Source of the DNA: Candidatus Saccharimonadia bacterium
GTDB lineage: Bacteria; Patescibacteriota; Saccharimonadia; UBA4664
Reading direction: 5' to 3'
Assembly (NCBI GenBank): GCA_036488585.1
Contig: DASXHH010000004.1
Span: 65,254-129,253, forward strand
Length of the DNA stretch: 64,000 nucleotides
In this document: one piece after another, positions 1-8,013 of the stretch
Numbering within the stretch: position 1 is the stretch's first letter
How the letters are laid out: every line of letters starts with the position of its first letter
Notes under the pieces: generated by a model
Databases searched by the model: none
Told to the model about the DNA's origin: nothing
What the model saw: the letters and a program-made list of their open reading frames with translations, nothing else
Translations under genes and position numbers: made by a program

Positions 1-745
1 ACAATTTTTCGGCGTTGTGGGTGGTAGCACGTCCGAGGTCTTCGAGCGATTCGCCGCGCAGCTCAGCCAGAAAGCGGGCGGTATGCTCAATGTAGGCGGG
101 CTCATTGCGCTTGCCGCGCATAGGTACGGGTGCCAGGAACGGGCAATCGGTTTCGAGAATGAGGCGGCCTTGGGGCACGCGGCGGGCGGCCTCGAGTTGG
201 TGCTCGTCTTTGGTGAAGGTCATGATGCCATTGAGGGCTATGTGGAGGCCGCGTACAAGCGAGCCTTCGAGCTCGCGGGTGCCGGCGGTGAAGCTGTGAA
301 CCACACCGCGAACGCCTTGGTAGTCGTCGAGGATGCGCCAGAAATCCTCGAAGGCCTCGCGGACGTGAAAGATCATTGGTAGGCCACACTCCAGGCCGAG
401 CTCTATCTGGAACCGCAGGGCGCGCTCTTGGTCTTCGAGGCTTGTCTCAGATTTGTACTGGTCGAGGCCGCACTCCCCGATCGCCACCACCGATTCGTGC
501 TCGGCCAGTGCCTGAACTTCCTCGAGGGCTTCGTAGCCGCGGTCGGCGTCGTGCGGGTGCAGACCAACGCTGGCCCAGAGGTTTTCGTAGGCGCGGGCGA
601 CGGCCACGGCTTGGGCGGAGTCGGCATCGTTTACGCCCACTACCAGCATCTTGTTGACGCCGGCCGCGTGAGCGCGATCGAGCACATCTTCTATCTCGTC
701 GCGGAATTCATCGAAATGGATGTGGGAATGGGTATCAACTAGCAT
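1..745 (-). CDS. TatD family metal-dependent hydrolase (DNase); C-terminus runs off window start
   Basis: Reverse-strand translation from ~745 begins MLVDTHSHIHFDEF and continues with TatD-typical HxH, IGECGLD and ILETDCPFL motifs. There is no stop before position 1. The ORF track omitted it because it has no in-window stop. Confidence 0.8.
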   Translation of the reverse strand, partial: MLVDTHSHIHFDEFRDEIEDVLDRAHAAGVNKMLVVGVNDADSAQAVAVARAYENLWASVGLHPHDADRGYEALEEVQALAEHESVVAIGECGLDQYKSETSLEDQERALRFQIELGLECGLPMIFHVREAFEDFWRILDDYQGVRGVVHSFTAGTRELEGSLVRGLHIALNGIMTFTKDEHQLEAARRVPQGRLILETDCPFLAPVPMRGKRNEPAYIEHTARFLAELRGESLEDLGRATTHNAEKL

Positions 746-1253
746 GGGCTGAATCCTTTAGGGTTTTTACCATAATTAACTCATCACCTTTGGTGCCGGC
801 CAAGTACTGGGTGGTGCCGTGCATCTTGAAGCCGAACGATTCGTAGAGGTGAATGGCCCGAGGGTTGTGCTCCCAGACCTGCAGCCAAACCTGACTGGCG
901 GCCGCAACACGAGGGTGGTCAAGGGCGGCCCGGAGCAGACGGCGGCCAATGCCCTGGCCTTGATGATCGGTTGCAATGTAGAGACGGTGGATTACCTGAT
1001 CGCCGGGCTCAGTATTAACGTCGGGCCACTCTGGATCCCCGAATTGAATGTAGCCAAACAGGCGGTCACTCTCGGTGTCGACCAATATAGTGTCGTGCTT
1101 AAGAGCGCGATGAAAATAGGCCTCCGAGCGGTTTTCCCTGAGTTCGGTCGTCAGGCGCTCGGGAGAATAGGTGTCACCAAATGTGTCCGCAAACGAGCTC
1201 GCAGCCAACTCTGCCAGCAAAGGCATGTCCGGCTGCTCGACCGGGCGGATCAT
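735..1253 (-). CDS. GNAT family N-acetyltransferase
   Basis: The in-frame M at MIRPVEQPDMP... overlaps the metG stop as ATGA. GNAT-like core includes HRLYIATDHQGQGIGRRLL and VWLQVWEHNPRAIHLYESFGF. The longer ORF upstream of that M is an Arg-rich overlap with metG and is probably not translated. Confidence 0.7.
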   Translation of the reverse strand: MIRPVEQPDMPLLAELAASSFADTFGDTYSPERLTTELRENRSEAYFHRALKHDTILVDTESDRLFGYIQFGDPEWPDVNTEPGDQVIHRLYIATDHQGQGIGRRLLRAALDHPRVAAASQVWLQVWEHNPRAIHLYESFGFKMHGTTQYLAGTKGDELIMVKTLKDSAHAS

Positions 1254-2722
1254 TTGGCCTCGGGCTTGACCTTGCCGCCGGTGGCGTGGGGCTGGTCTTG
1301 CTTGGGGAAGAGCAGGCCGACTTCGGGCCGTGCCACGCCGCCGGCGAAGGTGGCGGCGATTTTTTGGGCCGTGGTGGGCATGAACGGCATGATCATGGTG
1401 GCGATCTGGATGAGATCTGCAACGGCGTGATGGAGCACCTCGGCCAGGTGGTCTTTGTCGGATTTGGCCAGCTCCCACGGTTTTTCCTCTTCGAGGTACT
1501 GGTTGAGGCCGCGAATGAGCAGCCAAATCTCGGCCAGGGCTTTGTCGAAGCGGAGGTCAGCCATAGCCTCTTCGTAGGGCGTGGTGTCGTGCGAATGCGG
1601 CGGCAGATCGCCAACGATACCTTTGAAGTACTTGCCAAACATGACCTGTACGCGCTGCACAAGGTTGCCGAGATCGTTGGCAAGGTCGGCGTTGTAGACC
1701 TGCTCCATGCGGGCCCACGAATAGTCGCCGTCGCTGTCGGCGGGGATTTCGCGCAGTAGGTAGTAGCGCAGAGCGTCCACACTGTACTTATCGATAACGT
1801 CTTTTGGAGCCACAACGTTGCCAAGCGATTTGCTCATCTTGTGGCCCTCGCTCGAAATGAAGCCGTGTGCGTAAACGGATCTGGGGGTTGCGAGACCGGC
1901 GCTCATGAGCATGGCGGGCCAGAGGGCGGCGTGGAAGCGGGTGATGTCTTTGCCGACAACATGCACATCGGCCGGCCAGAAGTCGACAAATTTCGGAGCC
2001 TTGGTGTCCGGATAGCCGAGCGCCGAGATGTAGTTGGTGAGCGCATCGAACCAGACGTACATGACGTGGTCTTGGTCGTCCGGAACCTGGACACCCCAGT
2101 CGAGCTGGCCCTTCTCGCGGGAGATGCTAATGTCTTCTAAGCCACGCTCAAGGAGTGCCATGACCTCGTTTTTGCGGGATTCAGGCCGGACAACAAGGGC
2201 GCCAGAGCTAATGAGTTCTTTGACGCGATCGGTATAGGCGCTGAGTTTAAAGAAGTAATTTTCGGCCTTCATGTGCTCGAGCGGCTTTTTGTGGATGGGG
2301 CAAACGTGGTCGGGTACGTCGAGATCGGTGTAGAAGGCCTCGCAGCCGGTGCAGTACCACCCCTCGTAGTCTTTCTTGTAGATGTCCTTTTTGCAGGCAG
2401 CCCATAGTGCCTGGGCAGCTTCTTTGTGCTTGGGATCAGTAGTACGTATGAACTGGTCAATGGAGACGTTGAGGGTCGTGGCCAGATCCTTAAATTGCTT
2501 CGAGATATCGTCGACGTAGCCTTGCGGGGTCTTGCCGGCGGCCTCGGCGGCCTGCTTGTTCTTGTTGCCGTGCTCGTCGGTGCCGGTGAGGAACCAGACT
2601 TGATCGCCCTGCGCACGGTGGTAGCGCGCCAGCACATCGGCCTGAATTAGCTCCATGGCATATCCGATGTGAGGAGCGGCGTTGGTGTAGGCGATGGAGG
2701 TGGTGATATAGAATTTTGGCAT
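1250..2722 (-). CDS. metG: methionyl-tRNA synthetase
   Basis: 490-aa class I aaRS. N-terminal P-HIGY (HIGH-like) motif, KMSKS motif (KMSKSLGNVV), and CxxC...CPxH zinc knuckle. Confidence 0.9.
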   Translation of the reverse strand: MPKFYITTSIAYTNAAPHIGYAMELIQADVLARYHRAQGDQVWFLTGTDEHGNKNKQAAEAAGKTPQGYVDDISKQFKDLATTLNVSIDQFIRTTDPKHKEAAQALWAACKKDIYKKDYEGWYCTGCEAFYTDLDVPDHVCPIHKKPLEHMKAENYFFKLSAYTDRVKELISSGALVVRPESRKNEVMALLERGLEDISISREKGQLDWGVQVPDDQDHVMYVWFDALTNYISALGYPDTKAPKFVDFWPADVHVVGKDITRFHAALWPAMLMSAGLATPRSVYAHGFISSEGHKMSKSLGNVVAPKDVIDKYSVDALRYYLLREIPADSDGDYSWARMEQVYNADLANDLGNLVQRVQVMFGKYFKGIVGDLPPHSHDTTPYEEAMADLRFDKALAEIWLLIRGLNQYLEEEKPWELAKSDKDHLAEVLHHAVADLIQIATMIMPFMPTTAQKIAATFAGGVARPEVGLLFPKQDQPHATGGKVKPEAK

Positions 2723-2805
2723 ACCGAGTCCGGTTTATTACGCGGCCTATCTTACATTAATTTGACCTTTAAGGGAATTTTTGTAGGGGCGGATCAAGTA
2801 ATATT

Positions 2806-3639
2806 TCAGAGCAAATTTTCGCCCAGGGCGACGCGGTACAGGCGCTCCCAATCGTGGAGGCCGAGTTCTTGGGCGCGAGTGGTGGGGCTGAGCTTGGCCG
2901 CGGCCACGAGTTTGGCGGCATAGTCGGGGCTGAGGTTGAGGCCGCCGGCGAGAGCGTTCTTGAGTTGCTTGCGCTTTTCGCCGAAGCCGGCTTTGATGAG
3001 CCGGAACAACTTGTGGGCGTCCGCCGGGAAGGCGGGACCGGAGATTACCACTCGGAGAACGGCCGAATCAACCTCGGGCGCCGGCCAGAATTTGTGGCGC
3101 TCTACCAGGCGCACTAACTCGGGATGGCCGTAATATTGCACCGATAGCGCCAGTATAGAGAGCTCGCCGGGGGCGGCGGTAATGCGTTCGGCCACCTCTT
3201 TTTGGATCAGCATCGACATCACAGACGGCGGGTTGGGGCTTTCGATGAGAAGACGAAAGATTTTGGAGGTGAGGTAGTACGGTATGTTAGCGATCACTTT
3301 GTAGCCGGCTGGAAGCTGCTCCAGATCGAAGCGGAGGATGTCTTGCTCCACCACCTCAAGGTTGGCTGGGGCGTCACGGCGAAGGAGATCGGCCAGCACG
3401 TGGTCGGTTTCAACGGTCACTACGCGGCCTGCCAACTTGGTGAGCGGCCGGGTCATGACGCCAAGGCCAGGGCCGATCTCTAGCACCGTGTCGTTGGTGG
3501 TGACGGCGGCTGCATCCATGATGGCCTCGAGGCTGGGCTTGTCGACCAGGAAGTGCTGGCCCAAATTTTTATTCGGCTTAATACCCGCTAGCTTGAGGGC
3601 GGTGCGAACATCTTCGGCTCGGGATAAATCCATATGCAT
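2806..3639 (-). CDS. rsmA: 16S rRNA (adenine1518/1519-N6)-dimethyltransferase RsmA/KsgA
   Basis: GQHFLVD, LEIGPGLG (SAM-binding) and NIPYYLTS motifs. Start taken at MHMDLS rather than the upstream extension. Confidence 0.85.
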   Translation of the reverse strand: MHMDLSRAEDVRTALKLAGIKPNKNLGQHFLVDKPSLEAIMDAAAVTTNDTVLEIGPGLGVMTRPLTKLAGRVVTVETDHVLADLLRRDAPANLEVVEQDILRFDLEQLPAGYKVIANIPYYLTSKIFRLLIESPNPPSVMSMLIQKEVAERITAAPGELSILALSVQYYGHPELVRLVERHKFWPAPEVDSAVLRVVISGPAFPADAHKLFRLIKAGFGEKRKQLKNALAGGLNLSPDYAAKLVAAAKLSPTTRAQELGLHDWERLYRVALGENLL

Positions 3640-3664
3640 TATCTTAACAGGTGGGCTGGAACGT

Positions 3665-4219
3665 ATGAATAAGTCGATATTTTTGGCTGTGGTACCGGTG
3701 ATTTTCGTGATGGTGGTCGTTATATTCACGATGATTAATCATCGGCCGGGGAACATGAACCAACCAGGGAGCAAGGGTATGACAATTACGAGCACCGCAT
3801 TTCAAAGCGATACCGCAATACCGCAGCGGTACGAATGTGAGGGTGATGGCGTAAATCCGCCGCTGGCCTTTGATGGGGTGCCGAGCGAGGCGCAGGCGTT
3901 GGCGTTAGTGGTGGACGATCCGGATGCACCCAGCGGCACGTTCGACCACTGGGTACTGTGGAATCTGCCTGCTACGCTTAGGGAAATTCCCGAAAATTGG
4001 GAGCCGGAGCCGGGCGTGAGCGTGGGGGCGAACGGTGCTGATAAGAATTCCTGGTATCCGCCGTGTCCGCCGAGCGGGACTCATCATTACCATTTCAAAT
4101 TGTATGCTCTGGATGAAAAGTTAGACCTGGCGGAGGGGTCGAGCAAAGGCGAGCTCGAAAAGGCGATGCAGCGGCATATAGTGGCTCAGTCGGAGCTGGT
4201 GGGGACTTACTCCAAATAA
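3665..4219 (+). CDS. YbhB/YbcL (PEBP/Raf-kinase-inhibitor-like) family protein with N-terminal membrane anchor
   Basis: MNKSIFLAVVPVIFVMVVVIF transmembrane segment followed by the PEBP signature ...DDPDAPSGTFDHWVLWNLP...YPPCPPSGTHHYHFKLYALD. Transcribed divergently from rsmA. Confidence 0.75.
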   Translation: MNKSIFLAVVPVIFVMVVVIFTMINHRPGNMNQPGSKGMTITSTAFQSDTAIPQRYECEGDGVNPPLAFDGVPSEAQALALVVDDPDAPSGTFDHWVLWNLPATLREIPENWEPEPGVSVGANGADKNSWYPPCPPSGTHHYHFKLYALDEKLDLAEGSSKGELEKAMQRHIVAQSELVGTYSK

Positions 4220-4222
4220 TAA

Positions 4223-5398
4223 CTATTCGCTGGCGCAGGCACCGGTGGAGACAGGACCGTTGGTGGCGGCGGCGTTTAGGTCGGGTAGGATTTCGTTCGA
4301 TGTGAGGGCGTAACCGATGTTGCCGTCGGTGGTGGACATGGCAAAAACCACCCCTACCACGGTGCCATCTGGAGTAATGAGCGGGCCACCGGAGTTGCCG
4401 GGTCGGACCACAGCCTGGAGTGTGTAGATCTGGCGTCGGGTGAGGCCAGAGTCGTAGATGTCGCGGCCGAGGGCGGTCTGCTCGGACAGAATGGCAGCGG
4501 GCGACACGGTGAAGCTGCCGCCGCCCGGATAGCCGAGCACGGCGCCGACCACGCCGCGGGATTGCAGCGAGCCGGCGAGTGGCAGGGGCGCCGCAGCCAG
4601 ATTGGTAGTGCGGAGGACAGCAAAGTCGAGGCTAGGATCGAAGAAGACTACGGTGGCGCGGTGTGAGCCGTTGGCGTCGACGACTACGGGCTGATCGATA
4701 CCGGCGACTACATGCGCGTTAGTGGCGACGAGGCCAGGCCCAGCTACGAAGCCGGAGCCTTCGAGTAGACCGCCGCAGCCCAGACCCTCGATGCGGACGG
4801 TGGCGGCCCGGCCGGCGTTGGCTGCTGCGGTAACCGCGGCAGCGTTGGGGCCGGTAACCGGTGGGGCCGGCGAGGGTTCGAGGCCAGTGAAGACACGCGG
4901 AAAATTATTAACTCCCAGGGCGCGTTCAAAGCGGGCTAGCACATCGGGCGCAGGCGGAAGGTCACGATCGAGCGATTGCAGAATGCGCGAGTTTTGGATG
5001 TCGGTGGCCAAGGCGGGGCCGGCTGAACGAGCGAAGGTGGCCGCCAACATCCAGACCGTAAACAGGGCCACCCCGATGCCGAAAGCGGCACCGAGCACGG
5101 CGTCGAGCAGGGTAAGGCGGTAACGCTCGGCCAGGCCAGAGAGCGCGTAGCCCAGCGTCTCACCTAGCCCGCCGATCATAATGGCAACGCCGAAGAACAC
5201 CACAAGCACAACCATTGAGCGTGAGGTGCCGGGCGGAAAAGCGCTGCCAAGCCATGGGGCAATCACGGCTCCAGCCATTAGGCCCAGCACAAACCCACCG
5301 AGCGAGCCGGCTTGGCGCAGGAATCCGGAGGCAATACCGCGGGCAGCCACGGCGAGCACCAAAACAACAATGACGAAATCCAGGAAATTCACAGCCAC
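4223..5398 (-). CDS. CvpA-family membrane domain fused to trypsin-like S1 serine protease (MarP-like)
   Basis: N-terminal multi-TM CvpA-like region. The C-terminal chymotrypsin fold carries the catalytic triad context TNAHVV (His), DFAVL (Asp) and GNSGGPL (Ser). Confidence 0.75.
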   Translation of the reverse strand: MAVNFLDFVIVVLVLAVAARGIASGFLRQAGSLGGFVLGLMAGAVIAPWLGSAFPPGTSRSMVVLVVFFGVAIMIGGLGETLGYALSGLAERYRLTLLDAVLGAAFGIGVALFTVWMLAATFARSAGPALATDIQNSRILQSLDRDLPPAPDVLARFERALGVNNFPRVFTGLEPSPAPPVTGPNAAAVTAAANAGRAATVRIEGLGCGGLLEGSGFVAGPGLVATNAHVVAGIDQPVVVDANGSHRATVVFFDPSLDFAVLRTTNLAAAPLPLAGSLQSRGVVGAVLGYPGGGSFTVSPAAILSEQTALGRDIYDSGLTRRQIYTLQAVVRPGNSGGPLITPDGTVVGVVFAMSTTDGNIGYALTSNEILPDLNAAATNGPVSTGACASE

Positions 5399-5459
5399 AG
5401 TATACTACCACGAGCTGAGAAAAGGCCTTAGACGCTGAGTATTGGCTGTGCGGCCGCTG

Positions 5460-6515
5460 CTATTTGCACTGCCAGGGCGTGGTTCCCTGAGGGCCGGCCA
5501 TAATTTTGGCTGCGATCTGGATTTGGACGTTGCCGTCCAAAATGTTGTCCGCGGTGCCGCCATTGGCGGTCCAAGTGGAGGGCAAGAATTGGAAGAGGCC
5601 AGTGGGGTGTTGGCCGTTCACGATGAATGCGCTGACCTCCGTGGCGTTGCCGTGCGATTCGCAATTCATGATCCGTAGCATCATGTTGGGATCGAGGCCC
5701 CACTGAGTGGCCGCGGCCTCCACCTTGGGGCGCCAGTATTCGACTGAGCCGGCGAAGATTACCTTGGTGCCTACCGCCACAACTTGCGGCACAGGTGCGG
5801 TCTGGCTCACTACCTGCAACACTTCGCGACTGGTTTCGACGCCGTTTTGGTAGTGAATGCGGTAGGTGGTGGTCTTTTGCCCGTCGGAACCTTCTTGCTG
5901 CACAGCCGTTTGGCCCTTGAGCATGGTGGGGTCAGTAACGGTATGAACCGGGCGGGGCAACGTTTGCGTGAGCGTAACTACCGCTTCAGTGACGCGAGTG
6001 ATATTGACAGTCATACCAGAAATCACCGGAGTACTCAGGCTGGTGGAAATCGTATCTTTGAGACCAAGCGAGATGCCGGCAGCCTTGAGTGCGTCACCGA
6101 CTGTGCTGGCCTGAGTGCGGAGGTGACGAACACCGCCGTCAACCTGGACGTCGAGCGGTGTAGCCCGTTGCACGGTCACTTTTTCGCCGATGGAATCGTT
6201 TTGCACGATGTTGGTGATGATTTCGGTGTGGTAATTGTCTTCGGGATAGAGAGTGAGGCCAGCCGCCAAGGCGAGCAGACGCGGACTCTGGTACGCGCTG
6301 TGTATATGGTAGGAATGCACACCATCAACTACAACCACGGGGCGGGCCCGGTAGACGTTTATGTTGAACTGGCCGCCGGACATAGCGGTGCCAGCCGCCG
6401 GCTCTACTAGGTCACTCTGCCCGAGCGTAACGTGCGATCGACTGAGCACATCGCCGACAGTGGTGGCAGTGGTGGGGAACAATTTCTTTTGCCCATCCAC
6501 ATACAGCGAGACCAT
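5460..6515 (-). CDS. Rpf-like protein: DUF348 repeats + G5 domain + transglycosylase-like (lysozyme-like) domain
   Basis: DUF348-type starts (VSLYVDGQKK...TVGDVL; VQVDGGVRHLRTQASTVGDAL), a G5-like middle region and a C-terminal NCESHGN...WQ transglycosylase-like domain. The annotated ATG lacks the expected N-terminal TM anchor; see findings. Confidence 0.7.
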   Translation of the reverse strand: MVSLYVDGQKKLFPTTATTVGDVLSRSHVTLGQSDLVEPAAGTAMSGGQFNINVYRARPVVVVDGVHSYHIHSAYQSPRLLALAAGLTLYPEDNYHTEIITNIVQNDSIGEKVTVQRATPLDVQVDGGVRHLRTQASTVGDALKAAGISLGLKDTISTSLSTPVISGMTVNITRVTEAVVTLTQTLPRPVHTVTDPTMLKGQTAVQQEGSDGQKTTTYRIHYQNGVETSREVLQVVSQTAPVPQVVAVGTKVIFAGSVEYWRPKVEAAATQWGLDPNMMLRIMNCESHGNATEVSAFIVNGQHPTGLFQFLPSTWTANGGTADNILDGNVQIQIAAKIMAGPQGTTPWQCK

Positions 6516-6793
6516 GCGCTGAGAATCAGCGCTGGCAGTTGGCGATAAGGGTAGGCGGCCCGTGGACAGGCCGAAAATAACGATGGTGATGAGGATTCCG
6601 AGTGCCAGAATATTGCGGGAAACGGAACCCGTGTCGTCGCGTAAAATAGTAGTCTCTCTCGTTAATACGAAGGGACTTTTTATTTTGTCGCTTTTGCTTT
6701 TTAAAACCCATCAAAGGGCTTGTGGTTATGGTACCGCGATATCTGGTGGTGGTCAATTCCGTGGCTGTGGAAATGACCGGTTTTGGAGCCCGG

Positions 6794-7513
6794 TCAGCTG
6801 ACCTTGGTGCCGATCGGCTCGCCCTCGATGACGCGGCGGATGTTGCCGTTGGTGAGGAGGTCGAAGATGACAATGGGAAGATGGTTGTCCATGGCGAGGG
6901 AGATGGCGGCATTGTCCATGACAGTCATGTGGGGATCGGTGAGAACCCGGTCGAAGCTGAGTGAGTCATGCTTTTTGGCGTCGGTGTACTTGCGGGGATC
7001 CTTGTCGAACACCCCTTCGACCTTGGTGGCTTTGAGCACAAGGGCGCACTCAAGCTCGAGCGCGGTGGTGACGGCGGCTGTGTCGGTGGTGACGTAGGGA
7101 TTGCCGGTACCGCCGGCCACTACTACTACCCTCCCCTTCTCCATGTGCCGGATACCACGGCGGCGGATGTAGGGCTCGGCCACAGAGTCGACACTGAGGC
7201 GAGTCTGCAGGCGGGCTGGCACGCCGTTTTGCTCGAGGATGTCGACCAGTGCAATGCCGTTGATGATGGTCGCGAGCATGCCCATGTAATCGCCGGAGGC
7301 ACGCTCGATGCCATTACCGGCCACGCTGGCGCCACGCATGATGTTGCCGCCGCCTACAACTACTGCCAGCTCGACGCCGGTGGCGTGGATGGTTTCGGCC
7401 AGTTCCTTGGCCAAGCGATCGATAAATTTGGGGTCAACTCCGTATTCACGATCGCCAGCAAATTGTTCGCCGGACAGTTTAAGAAGGACGCGGGGGTGTT
7501 TGCCTGGTTTCAT
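6794..7513 (-). CDS. pyrH: UMP kinase
   Basis: 239 aa with VLLKLSGE, VVGGGN and VVVAGGTGNPY(V)TTD motifs typical of PyrH. Confidence 0.9.
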   Translation of the reverse strand: MKPGKHPRVLLKLSGEQFAGDREYGVDPKFIDRLAKELAETIHATGVELAVVVGGGNIMRGASVAGNGIERASGDYMGMLATIINGIALVDILEQNGVPARLQTRLSVDSVAEPYIRRRGIRHMEKGRVVVVAGGTGNPYVTTDTAAVTTALELECALVLKATKVEGVFDKDPRKYTDAKKHDSLSFDRVLTDPHMTVMDNAAISLAMDNHLPIVIFDLLTNGNIRRVIEGEPIGTKVS

Positions 7514-7595
7514 ATGGCTTCAGCATAACAGAAGAAATACTAAACCGCCGGCAGGCCCCCCAATGTGGGTAGGTCCGCCGGCGGTCGAGTGGCGA

Positions 7596-7967
7596 TCACC
7601 ACCACGCCGGGATGCAATCGAAGGAAAAGGTAATGCCGGCACAATCCGTCGGTGACGCCAGCCTGATGACGAGGCCGTTGCGGAAATCACCGTCGGTGAC
7701 CGCGCTGTACAAGCTGACGCCATTCCGATCGAGTTCCATGGCTACGCTAAACCCGCGATGGCCGCCTTGGAAGTCGTGAAGTGGTCCGTGAACCACTCCT
7801 AGTCTCCAGGTGGCGCCCAGGTCGAGGGTGAACTTGATGGCGCGGCCAGTGTCCGGGTTTGCTGGCCCGGCATACCGCATGAGTACCTCGAGACTGGTGA
7901 TGTCGCTCGGTTGAAGGATGGGTGGTTCGGATGCGGCCCTAGTACGTTCGATGTCTTCGTCGGGCAT
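7596..7967 (-). CDS. hypothetical protein (~123 aa)
   Basis: ORF MPDEDIERTRAASEPP... The longer track ORF start overlaps the uvrD 3' end, so the internal Met was chosen. No recognisable domain. Confidence 0.4.
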   Translation of the reverse strand: MPDEDIERTRAASEPPILQPSDITSLEVLMRYAGPANPDTGRAIKFTLDLGATWRLGVVHGPLHDFQGGHRGFSVAMELDRNGVSLYSAVTDGDFRNGLVIRLASPTDCAGITFSFDCIPAWW

Positions 7968-8013
7968 GGAGTAGCTCCCTCCGGTTGTCAAGGCGTGATA
8001 GTTTACATCACAA

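Noticed and set aside
17-742. Plus-strand ORFs 17-382, 376-657 and 428-742 at the window start
   Set aside because: They are antisense to a clearly recognisable TatD gene (MLVDTHSHIHFDEF...) and are Arg/Gly-rich compositional artefacts.
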